Assembly (NCBI GenBank): GCA_907165135.1
Contig: OU015566.1
Location: 7,626,001-7,690,000, forward strand
Source: Oikopleura dioica
Taxonomy: Eukaryota > Animalia > Chordata
Reading direction: 5' to 3'
Length of the DNA: 64,000 nucleotides
Part shown: in pieces, positions 46,301 to 57,800 of the stretch
Layout of the letters: every line of letters begins with the position of its first letter
Position numbering within the stretch: position 1 is the stretch's first letter
The notes under the pieces: generated by a model
Databases searched by the model: none
Told to the model about the DNA's origin: nothing
Seen by the model: the letters and a program-made list of their open reading frames with translations, nothing else
Program-made: the position numbers and the translations under genes

Positions 46301-48241
46301 AATGGAACCAACAATTTGTTATTTAGGGCCTTTTGGATGGAAATCAAGTTGATAAAATAAAGATCTCTGATGAAGGAATGGAGTTTTTAATAGCTAGTCA
46401 GCTACTTATTGATTTGAAAGCCAGGAAGTTAAATACGTTCCGTCCATGTTAGTGGTTAGAATTTATTGTTAATCTCGTAACGAAATAATTTTGCACTTGC
46501 GAAACTCAAATCAGGATGTAACTGTGTGGCAGCTCATCCCAAGGCCACGAAAAAAGCCGCGATTCTGTCCCGCGACGGATGCGCGAGGATTGTGGACGTC
46601 AGGAATGTTTCTTTCGCAAGTGATTATAGATGCCTCCTTCTAAATGGGCCCCGCAATCGTGGTGCTTAGATTGAATTAAATCGGAAATAAGAAACTTTCA
46701 AACAGAGCAAATCGCATTCAGCCGCTCCCAGGTATCGAGCTGCGCAGTCAACTAACTCGACTTTGTTTTTCCGCCTGTGGAAGTCTCCTTTTCGCCGGCT
46801 CTGAGTCCGGCTCAATCGTTTGCTGGAGCACAGTAACAAATAAAAAAGGAAGCGGGTCAAATTGGAATAATTACTGTAGGAAAAAAACCCTGGAAATCAT
46901 CTGGTTTGAACTGAGTAGAACTAACTAACCGGCTGATTGCGGGTGATCCTCATGTGACCGGGAGATCGGATTGATCGACCAATCTAACTTATTTTGCGGT
47001 TTTCCTGATCCGCGTAAAAGTGGTGGAAATCTCCGCTTCTGACCTGCGCAACACCGCACCATGTCGCGATATTTCTTACCATCCGCATCACCATTCCCTC
47101 GCTTCTATTTGTTATCAGACGAAAAAGGTATCCGACGATTAAAAAAACATTCCTATTCTTATCTTTCATAGGGGCTGCAAATCTGGAAATATGACATGAC
47201 AAAGGCGCATTTGGAGCGATCAACACGCGTTGATATCCGACCATCGGAGACACTAAAACCTCTGCCGCGGCAAAGCGGACCTTTGGAACCACTGAGTCGG
47301 TCAGAAAACTCACTCCTCGGCAGCTCAAGTCGGCTGAGGAAGTCCGTCCTTCCTCCGATGAATACGACTAGCAATGGCACGGTGTTAAATGACGTTCGAG
47401 CGCAGTTTGAAGCTGCACTTACAAAAATTACTTCGGCAAATGCACGACACGACGACTCTTTTGTTGACAGGTTTGTTTCACAATAGTTTCTTCGAATATT
47501 TTAACAATTTTTAGGCCGATGGATCTGGCAGATCTTAACACAAGTTTTACCTCACGACTTGGTACCTCAAGTTTGACAAGATTCGGTCGCCAACGAGATG
47601 AAAACGTTGCCGAGCCCCAAGAGATCGAAAAAGTCCAAATAACCACCCATGCGCCCGTCCTGATGCGGTCACAACCTCCGCCCATGTCTGCTCAACCACC
47701 AGAGTTTAAGGCGCCGCTTCCTGTCGACGGTGAACCTAATCCGTTGAGCAACAGTCAAAACATGCGCATGGCAAGTCCAATTACAACACCGACAAAGAAG
47801 ACCCGAAAGAAGAAGAAAAAATCAACCTTGGAAACATCAGAAAATCAGAAAACAATGAATGAAAGCGAAAACTTACCACCTCGGCCGCCAACGATACCCA
47901 CAAATGCGACCGCAACGATTCCAAAATCTCCGTAAGTTGAATAAGTCTTGAACGTGACACTATTTTCACTCATGCATTTGTATCACTAGAAGCAAATAGG
48001 ATTGCGTTGTAACAGGAGGATTTATCAATGTTCATCAAATTTCGATCAAGAGTTTCTTATTTGTAAATCATTAACTGATTGATAATTAAGACCTTCGGTG
48101 AAAAAGCGCCAAGCTCCACCTCCACCAACTCCTCTAAAATCTCCCGAAATGATGATGCCATATCCTGCTCCAAAAGCAGAACGACCAAAACCTATGACGA
48201 CAAACCTCTTCGATCAGATCCGCAGTATGACGGAGCTGTAA
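43384..48241 (+). CDS. AHI1: Jouberin (AHI1), B9/C2-like region plus WD40 repeats
   Basis: ILGVNIHRTD, IMPVLTQPF, LPRWDE, CAWAYLRL, IRLQLF, AHAGLIYDLDW, YLYTVRF, FSACGSLLFAGSESG and CRDISYHP, collinear with vertebrate AHI1. Some internal exons are unresolved. Confidence 0.88.
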
Positions 48242-49139
48242 AATCATTCCTCTCATCTTTTTTTTCTTTTACTTTTTTACTTCCCTGATATTTTTATAAA
48301 TAAATTGATTATTTTTTGATACACCAACTTGTTGGAGATTCGATAATGAAGCTACCGCAAGAGGGGGTTATTTCGCACGCTGCAGAGTGTCGATTGATTT
48401 TTAAGTAGGAGCTGCATTTCATTACTGGAATCCCATAGAGCCAATCGCAAAGGGACTGGTATTCAGTCGATTAGTTGGATTGCTAGATCGGTTGATTGTA
48501 GGTCAGATTGGGTGCTTTTAGTAGTTCGATGTATTGAAATTCTAGGGCAAGTCATTTCAGTGAGCAACTGTGTTTGCTTTTCTCGCCGGAACTATTTGAA
48601 TAATTTATTCTAGCATTTCGTCTATCACCTAGTTTAAAATCGCTTATGAAGTTGAAATTGTATGTTGAGCCTGACTTCTTATCCATCTATCAGAGAAAAT
48701 TAGAGGTCCAGGTGTGAGAAAGATGAACAAGAATCGTGATGCCAAATCCGTTTACAAAATAAGAAAATAAAACAGAAAATACTGTTACGTGAATGGCTCG
48801 AGTCGTCATTTACCGTAGTTGGCGCTGGTGCGCTCCCGCTCCTCCGCCGCCGCGGAGGTCCTCCACCAATGTGGCGCTATGAGCTGGGACAACGTGTTTT
48901 CACGTTTTTGAATAAGTGAAGTACCTTCTCTTTTTTTCCGTTGACATTAATTACGAAAGACAGCTTTTTCGATTCGTATTGACTTTTTGTTAATTATGTT
49001 GATTCGCATAATCAGCCGCTTTGCTTTGATACGTAAGAGAAAACAAGAAACTCGCGTGTGGGAAATTATGTTTTCATTTAGAGAGAATTTATGCCGAAGA
49101 TGATGGTGAAAGACATTTTGCGGTGCAAGAGAAAATGGG

Positions 49140-49978
49140 ATTAGGCGTCGACCCGAGTCAGAATTGCCATTTTGATCAATTGCCGTATCTAGCAAATGGC
49201 CAGTACGCGTGTGAAGATAGAGGTACTTTTGCTCATGGATCTGTCTGTGATTTTCGGTAGGAGGAGCCTTTCATTTTTCAGCTTTTACAGAATGATTTAG
49301 TTGTCAAGCTAATATGGATTCATTCGAAGTAAAATGCCACTGTCTTGTCAAGCTTAGGTTCGAATTCCATTAGATCATCAATTCCTTTGTATAAATTGTT
49401 GAGGATGATTTTGAACACTGAAGTAGCGCGGAATTTTTACGTTCCAAGCCCGGACGGTTGTTTTTGGAAAATCCAAACAGATGAGGCGACTTGTCCCCGA
49501 CCCAGGTTTCGTGTCTCGAGTCCGATAGGAATGTTGTTACAATAATTTATGCAGGTACATTTGCTCGATAGACATTTGAAATTACGAAGAAGGGTTTATC
49601 AATTATTGTAACACGTGAAAAGCGAGATTAAAAGTAGCTCAACCTGGAGCTGAAAATTGGTCAGAAGATCAAGAAGAATCTTCTGGTGATTCAGAACAAA
49701 GTCGCGTTTCAACCCTCGAAGTGGAGCTAGAAGAAAGCTCGAGAAGCATCGATCTTCAAGGAGATAAGATCGACGAGCTCGCTGCAAAAATAGAACTGTT
49801 AGAGAATAAAGAGAAAGAACTAGAGATCGAAAACGAAAAGCTGAAAAGAGGATTCCACGACGTTGTGTTTGAAAATTCACTAGCGCGCGCGTTATTGCTC
49901 CAAAACGTGCACGCCGCGCAGGACAGGGTGAAAATTATTTTCTCGCGAAGTTCCATTCAGACGTGTATGGGAGAGTGA
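49140..49978 (+). CDS. Multi-exon gene with a Sushi/CCP-like module and a coiled coil (5' end not located)
   Basis: Exon NCHFDQLPYLANGQYACEDRGTFAHGSVCDF|C... shows the CCP pattern. Downstream heptad-rich ORF 49721-49978. Confidence 0.45.
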
Positions 49979-51229
49979 TAAGTACAATGTTCTGATTTTT
50001 CGGTACACTTTTGGTGCTTTGTTCAGCGCTTTTTTGATGCATCTTTTCTTGATAAAATTAGGCTTTAGTAACCTCGATTTTTTTTTCGGGAAACGGGCAA
50101 AAGGAGGCTTTTCAATTAGCGATTTTTATTCAAAACAATTGTTTATGTCACAAAAATTTAACATTAAGTTCTTTCCAGCACACCTTTATGTACGAACAAA
50201 GTGCTTTCTCATTACTAGTACATTGTTTTTCCTACTCAAGACAATTTTTACTTGTAGTTCACGTTTTCTCATCCCGTTTAAGTCATCACAAGTGGAGCAA
50301 AACCTGCGTTTCATGAAGAGCTTGGAAGGAACGGGTTGCATTAAGCCTCTTTGATCTTTGCTAATTAAAGGAAATGCAGTTGGGTAACCCGATTAGACCG
50401 TCTGAAGGCTTACGAGCACCAGCAGCGCGAACCAATTATTGAAATCAAACGAGGTGAGTCTTTTTCTGTGGAATGAATTCTGTTGCTCAGACTTTTCTCT
50501 TCAGACTTTATCAAATTGAAACAGGAGGTGACAGATAACCAGGTTCCACTAGAAGAGATTGTCGACCTCAAGGTAGGCCCTTATCACTTCTTTTGACTTC
50601 AATTAGCAAAATCCCACTGTGGTCGAGTTGGATGAATTTTCTTGATTGCCACATTCCAAAGCTGGAATTTTATATGCTCGAAATGATCTAACCAAGCAGA
50701 AATTTTATCATTTCGATGATTACTTATCTTTCTATCTATTCAGGAACTTGGAAATTTTATCCAACAACGTGTGCTATCATATTTGCTACGGTTTCAAAAA
50801 GTTAATTATTTGCGAATCGCGAATTTGCTGAGTTTTGTTTTTATTTCATTTTCATCTTTTGAAACCCATTACCAGCTTCAATCAACGCCGAAAATAGAAG
50901 AACTCAACGCAATAACTGAAAAATAACTGTACAAATAGCTTCAAAACCCCAGCTTTTTGAAATCAGCAAAACTGCCTCAACAAAATTGTACATGCAAAAT
51001 AATTCTGTAAATAACACGATCAATCAAGGTATTGTAATTTTCAAGTCCATTCTGACTGTCGCTCTCGAAGGTAGTTATTTGTAGTTGCGGTGGAGGGTGA
51101 CAAATGCCTTCCGTGGTTGAGAAAGGGCGAAAAGGGGATGAAATGATAGAAATTATCGTTTAGTAAACATGCGCTTGATGAGCAACTACCGTGATTGCTT
51201 TTCACAGGATCATTTATTTTTGCGTTTTT

Positions 51230-51850
51230 TCAAGATGCAGAGGAGTTAACAGAGCCTTGTGAGGAAATACTCGGTCGCGCACTGCGCTTGGAAAAATCGT
51301 CTTCGAACGTTGATCCGGAGGCCCCATCCATGTCAGTGACCATCAATCGCTGTAGGACGCCCTGCAGATTGCCAACGAAGCCCTATTTTTTTTATGAATT
51401 TCGAGACAGTTATTCGAGAATATCTTACTCGGAGGGATGAAAGTTCAGTCCGTAGTTGTTTGTTTTCTTCCTCAACAGCCATATCTTCCTAAATTAGGGA
51501 TATTCAATTTGAATGTTCTCTTCAACTTACAATTTTCTTGACTTCTTTCCTCAGTTTCTCGCCTTCTGGGTCTTTGATCTCCTTCAGCAGCTGCAATCCT
51601 CTTGCTCTTGCCATTGTATTCTTCATGTCATCCTGGATTTTTCGAATTTGCTAGAAAAATGTACTTGATTTCGCCATAGATTTACCTTCCTTACTCTTTT
51701 CTGTGAGTCAATGACTACGTCTTTCGCTTCACAGTTGTTTTTGAGGCTTTCGTTTGTTGCTTTCAGAGCATTTATTTCGATGTCTTTCTCTTGAAGAGCC
51801 TTTTCCATCTCATTTTTAAATTGTGTGAAGAAATCGTTCATTTTGTCCAT
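51230..51850 (-). CDS. Small-exon coiled-coil protein of unknown function
   Basis: Heptad-rich exons (FKNEMEKALQEKDIEINALK; GEKLRKEVKKI; EEENKQLRTELSSLR) bounded by GTAAG donors. Ends are approximate. Confidence 0.45.
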
Positions 51851-52349
51851 TTTGAAAAATCTTTTCGTTGAATTTCAGGGATACCTTGAGACTCAAGACT
51901 TGAGTTATGAAGAGAAGATTCAGATTCATTCGTTTTTATAGCGGGAAGAAGGGAAAGCTGAAGGTCATTGGAAGCAAATAAATTAGACAATAACGGGTTT
52001 TGTGGACATTACGTTCACCTTATCTCGATTCAAGATGCTTGAATGCCGTATAAAACTGTCACTTCTTCCATATAGGAGTGATTTGAGATTTTCTAGGAGC
52101 GTGGTAAACATACTATACACTGGTTTTACTGTCTTACAAAGCATAAACTGTATTGTTTTATTGACTCTCATCGAGAAAAGCAATCATGACGTCCATCCGT
52201 TCCACTTCCCTACACAGAGACATAGGAATTGAACTCACCACTTGCTACTAATTTGAACAAACATTCTTATCTTCATTTATTATATCCGAGCATCAACTGA
52301 TTAAAGATCAAAAAGGGAAAGAAATAACAGCAAGTTGTGCGTCTTTTCT

Positions 52350-53040
52350 TTACGGGATACTTTCAATAACGAGAGCAGCGCCAGAGGTTCCATTCATGGC
52401 AATGAGTTCTGATGGTCGCATACTCAATTTTCTCATATCTGTTTCATTGTTTGTATTTTGTCGATAAAAGTAGTAGACTGACCCTTACGAAAAAAATTGA
52501 GGAGGTATAAATTGAAGGATAAGTTTACCTAACAGACCGATTGAAGCAATTGCCACGAAGATAATAACTCCTGGTTGATTCATTAGGGTTTCTTCTTCTT
52601 CGCATACATCTCCTGCCAAGCAAGCTTCACAGTTCGATTCCGCTTCGATTATTTTACTGTTGAGACTTTTCATTTTCGTCTGAAGCTCTTGGTCGTCCTC
52701 TATGTCTCCAACAAAAACTCTGCCGTGCGATTTTGATTCAAGTTCCTCGAGAATTGATCTTTCGGACTGTTCATCAGATTTCAAGCAGCCTTTTTTTGAA
52801 GTGAACAATCCAAAATCACCGCCAACAAATTTTCCACAACATCCACGTTTTCTCAGAAGTTTTTCGCAGTTATCTGCCTTTTTGTTCAATAAAACTCTGA
52901 TTTCATAGCACTACTAATAGTTTTATCTCAGATCAAATAGAATTTATATTGCTTTCAAGGCAACTTACCGCGGTGCAGAAGTATCTCGTACATGAGCTTC
53001 CCAAAACGAATGGAAGCAGAAAAATAAAAGTCACTCTCAT
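52350..53040 (-). CDS. Orphan Cys-rich single-pass membrane protein, copy 1
   Basis: Signal peptide MRVTFIFLLPFVLGS, 10-Cys ectodomain, TM GVIIFVAIASIGLLVYYFY, and tail MRPSELIAMNG. Three exons in frame. Confidence 0.8.
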
Positions 53041-53429
53041 ATATCTCTATATATACTTTCTATATTTCGGAATATATTGTTCCCTCTCCTACTCTAACTT
53101 AGAGTTCGCTTCCTTTTTCACCATTTTAACGACAGCCCCGCTAGTGAACGATTATTATTTTGCTAAAAAGTGTCCTTTTTAATGCACGTTTGTTGTAACA
53201 AACTAATTTTGTCATAAAAAATCTCATCATCATAAAATCGTCATAAAATTATCTTTCTTTTTTTTTTGATGTGGTATTTTGAAAGTGTGAAATACCAAGA
53301 CCGCCGAAGACGATAGTTACCTATTCAACCTTTCACATCTACCGAAGGGCCGAAGTTCGGCCGCCGAACAATTACCTTTTATATCCTTCAGTAAATTTAA
53401 TAAAGATCAAGATGGGAAAGAATAAACAG

Positions 53430-54146
53430 CTATAAATGAAAAGATTTTTTTGGTATACTTTCGTTATCTTCTTTTCTAATATTCTCTATAATGACAGCGG
53501 CGCCAGAAATTCCATTCATGGCGATGAGCTCTGACGGTCTCATGCTCGATTTTCTCAATTTTCTTACATTCTGCATATATTTTCTATGAGTGTATAAGAC
53601 GGACGCTAACAAAAAGTCTTTTAGAAGATGAATGGAAGAATATATTTACCTAACAAACCAATGGAAACAAGAAGTCCAACGAAGATTAAAGCTTTTGGTT
53701 GTTTTGATAGCAAAAGATTCTTGCTTTTTCACAGACATCTTCCGCTGAGCAATCTTTACAGGTCGATTCTGCTTCCTTTATTTCTTCAGTGAGATATCTG
53801 ATTCTTGCCTGAAGGTCTTTGTTGTCTTCTATGTCTTCAATAAATACTCGGCCGCTCGATTTTGATTCTAGTTTCTGAATGATTTTCTCTGACTTCTGAT
53901 CGGATTTCAAGCAGCCTTGCTTCGATGAAAATAGACCAAAATCACTTCCAACAAATCTTCCACAGCATCCTCTCTTATTCAGAAGTTTTTCGCAGTTATC
54001 CGCTTTTTTGTTCAATAAAACTCGTATTTCATAGCACTTAATTTTATGGGAGATCAAATTTACAGCCAACTTACAGCGGTGCAAAAATATTTCGTACATG
54101 CGCTTGAAAAAACGGGGGAAACAAGAAAAATATAGAAAACTCTCAT
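53430..54146 (-). CDS. Orphan Cys-rich protein, copy 2 (frameshift before the TM segment)
   Basis: Same exon structure and cysteine pattern as copy 1. The spacer before the QP-TM segment is 29 nt versus 24 nt, giving a stop at 53686-53688. Confidence 0.75.
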
Positions 54147-54517
54147 CAGGATACTAGTGCTTGATTGTTTTCAATTTCCACGATGCTGCCTGAAATGAAT
54201 TTTTTATTCGCTCTTCAACTTTGACTTAGAGTACTCTGCTTCCTTTTCAACGTTTTCTCGATGGTAGAAATTGAAGAAGTTTGGTAGAAGTGCCTCTGTT
54301 GTGACTGATAGTAATCCGTTCTTGAAGGGCAACTAACTATTCTTCTCATAAAATGATCATGTCTGCTTTCCAATGCCGTATTTTCAAAATGTCACATACG
54401 GTATGTGACATACCAGAGATCAACGATCTTTGGCGTAAAATAGATGAAATACAAGTTCATTTCATAAAAAATGCTAACTTTCAGTGTTTTTTCGAAATTT
54501 AAATAAACAGAAAAGGA

Positions 54518-55237
54518 TTACATCGCAGATTCCAAAGTGTTCTTGCAAGCAGTAAGTGCGTTGGTAAGCCCACCAACGGAGTTCTTCGCGGCGCTGATGG
54601 CCTTCTTGTACTTGTCGTTCTCGGCGGTCTTGACAGAAACGTCAGCGTTGAGTTCATCTTCGATTTGTTGCTTCTCGGCGGCTAGAAAAGAATGGAAATC
54701 GAAAACGCTGGCGGAGATTTGGTCTTACTGAGCTCAGCAATCTCAGCATCGTATTTAGCCTGCTTGGTGTTTTTAATGTCGTTGAGCTCGTTGGTGGTCT
54801 TGGTCAAACGAGCAATTTTGTTGTCAAGCTACGTAGAAGGTATTTACTGTCTGCAAGCTCAGGGAACAGTGGTACAGGTAGACTCTACTTACGCATTCGC
54901 CATATTCAATGGCTTCATCCAAATCGTAATCAGTAGTCTTGATTGTCTTTTCATTTGTTGCTCGAGTTCGCTGAAGACCATCTCGCACATCGGCAACTTG
55001 TCTGTGCTGCTTTCGAAGAGATTCGATTTGGCATTTTTGCTACAATAAAGAGGAGTTTTCGCTAAAACTAGGTGTTCTGTGAACCTGGTACTCAAGGTCT
55101 TCCATTTCCCATTTCTCCTTGAAGAGCTGGATCATCTTGTTGGTGGCGTTGTAAGCTTTTTGAACCATCTCTCGATTGACACTAATTTCATCCTTTTGAA
55201 GATCTTCAAATAGCCCTGTCTTTATCATTCTTGCCAT
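54518..55237 (-). CDS. Coiled-coil protein of unknown function, about four exons
   Basis: MARMIKTGLFEDLQK...; LRKQHRQVADVRDGLQR...; LDNKIARLTKTTNEL...; ...NTLESAM*. Confidence 0.6.
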
Positions 55238-55642
55238 TTAAAAAAATCCGTGCCTTGAGCAGATACTTGTTGAGGCAATCCCGGAGTTCCAAGAGCTCGC
55301 GTGGCTGGAAAAATTTTTACCAATCATTGGTGTTTGTTTTTAAATCGAATTCTTTAAGCCTTTTATATGGAAAATATAATTGCTTTTTTTGCTCAAATAA
55401 TGGTTCTTTTTATTTGAGTCTGAGAATTTATCTTTTGATTTTGTAATTTGAAAAATTAAAGCTTAATTTTTCATAAAAAAAACTGGCTCCGGGCAAAGTT
55501 TCTTCAGTGTAATATCTACTCTGTCTCTCTCCAGTCCATGCAGATATTACTGTAATCATTACAGTCTGTAATGAGTAGCGTGCACATACCGTTTGTGGTT
55601 TCTTCTATAAATCATAGGGTTGATAATTTTAAATCAGTCGCG

Positions 55643-57800
55643 TCATGCAGTTAGTAGCGCAATAAGTAAGGGAAAAAATGAAATCCAAAAAAGAAGGTTC
55701 TCCTCCTTGATTTTTTGAGTACTCACGATGGAATTCGCATTAGCCTTAAGAATAAGAGGATGAAACATGAACAAATTCTTGATTTGGTCATCTTTAGACT
55801 CTCTCCCCAAAATGCCAAGGCGACAATATTGGGGAGAGATGATCATTTTGGTGGTATATGTACAGTAAGATTCTTACTGTATGAAAGTAGAATCGAGTCA
55901 GAATTTACTTCGAGGCATTCTTGGGCTATCCAAGAATAACGCTTTTTCAAGTCCTCCTGTTGAGTAAATAACAGTGGATGAATTCATCAACTACTATTTG
56001 ATGGAATAATAAAGTGCAATTATAGATGGAAGATAGTGTGCTTGAAAGGGCTTGAAATGCTTACCGTTGACGACATTTTTCTCTAGTGCTATTTTTAAAA
56101 CAAAGATGCTTCAAAGAAAAGCTTGAGTACCAAAGTTGAAGAGGTGAGAATGAGTCACACCAACTGACGTGTTTTTTTAGATCTGCATGCATTTGCTTAA
56201 ATGTTCTTTTTCTTATCGCTGAAGTTTTCAAGAACTAGTCGGCATAGAAGATCCGCAGCGAAAATATTTGAGGCGCATACTTGGGGCAACGAGTTTATCC
56301 AGTTCGGTTATTTAATTTTAGACTGCAATTAGATGTTTAATTTAGGTCAGTTTTTGCGTAAACGCACATGCGTTAACTGCTGATGTGAAATCCAGATGTG
56401 TTGAACTTTAATATATTATGGAAAAAGTCTCTTTTAGAGTTACTACAGAGCTCTTTTTGTGCTTCAACTTTTCTTAGAACAGCGTCGGGATAAATATATA
56501 CGGAGAGCCTACAGAAGATAAAGTTTATTTCTCAACGAGTTGGTACCTTGATTAGGAATAGCGTCGCGTTTTGTTTCTGGAAATCGTAATCGAATACGGC
56601 TTCGATAAACTCTACAAATTATAGAAAACTTGAAATCAAGGAAGAGTTTCGTACCGTTCTGCGAGGGTCGCTGCGAGCATCAAATTAGCTTTTTTAAAGG
56701 TCATTATCAATACAGATCCTTAGCTATTAGCTAACTAATCGAGTTTAGACAGCTCTAGAATTTTCTGTGTATTTTTTTGTGTTTGCTTCTGCTAAAAATC
56801 TCGTTGTTTCAATTTCTTTTTGGACCTCTTCCCTAAGATCTTCATAAGTGTTCGTTTTATTAACCGAAACAAATGAAGAGGACTTGGATAGCTTCTCAGC
56901 CTTTATACGCTGCTGGAGCTTAGGAGCACCCAATCTGTTCAAGTGAAGGAGATCTGTCCGATCGAGGACACGCGAGTCGCTCACGTACTGTCATTCTTAT
57001 CTAAAACCCATTAGCGTAGACTCCTCGAATGCCTTTAAGGTGATTAGCCGGCATAACTGTATCCACGCACATATGGACAATGTATTACTGTTTTACTTTG
57101 ATTGCCCACTGCCAAATCATCAATTAACTACATCCAACAACCGCTTAACGCGTTTGTTTAACCAAAAACTCAAACCTGCAAAGAAAAGACACAAAACAAG
57201 ATGATTTTTGAATGGAAATTGATTTTATTCAGGAGCTGATTGACAAGACAGGTTTTTCTTGGATTGTTTCTTCTTTCGTTCTGCTCCAAAAACCTCTTCA
57301 GGTTTTGGGCTTTTGAGCAATCCCTGAAACCCAGATCGCTTGTCTCCAGGGCCTTAAAAGTATAAAGTTTAGTTATGCAAATTATTTAGCAAATAGTATA
57401 GTCGATCTATTGCTCAAAGAAAAGCGGCTAACCTGTTTTTGTCGGATGACGGACTTTGAAAATCCAAAAGACTGCCGATGCCGACCACCAAAGCCACTGA
57501 CAACAACAGTTTTTCTAGAGAATTTTCGACCAAACTTAAAATCTTTGATTTTTCATTCCATGAGTTCTAGCGATGATCAGAAGGTTCAAATAGATAGGGA
57601 AAGCATCCAGTTTTCAATGTTATTCAATAAAATTGGCTTTATTCTCGAAAAAGTCTCGTAAATCCGCAGCCCTAATTGGATGTTCGCCTGAGTCTGGGAC
57701 ATCGGCATGAGGTTTCTCTTCATGTGGCCTACAATGTTGGGATTTTTCGCCGATTTCGCGGCGTCGTTGATCAATTATCGAAGGATGAGCCCTTCTAACT
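55643..57800 (-). CDS. One or more unresolved many-exon genes
   Basis: A series of short protein-like open segments flanked by GTAAG/TTAG signals (for example ORFs 56745-56984 and 55643-55846). A full model was not assembled. Confidence 0.35.

Noticed and set aside
50200-50650. Short plus-strand exons (WVTRLDRLKAYEHQQREPIIEIKR; DFIKLKQEVTD...)
   Set aside because: Plausibly a small gene, but the start and identity could not be established.
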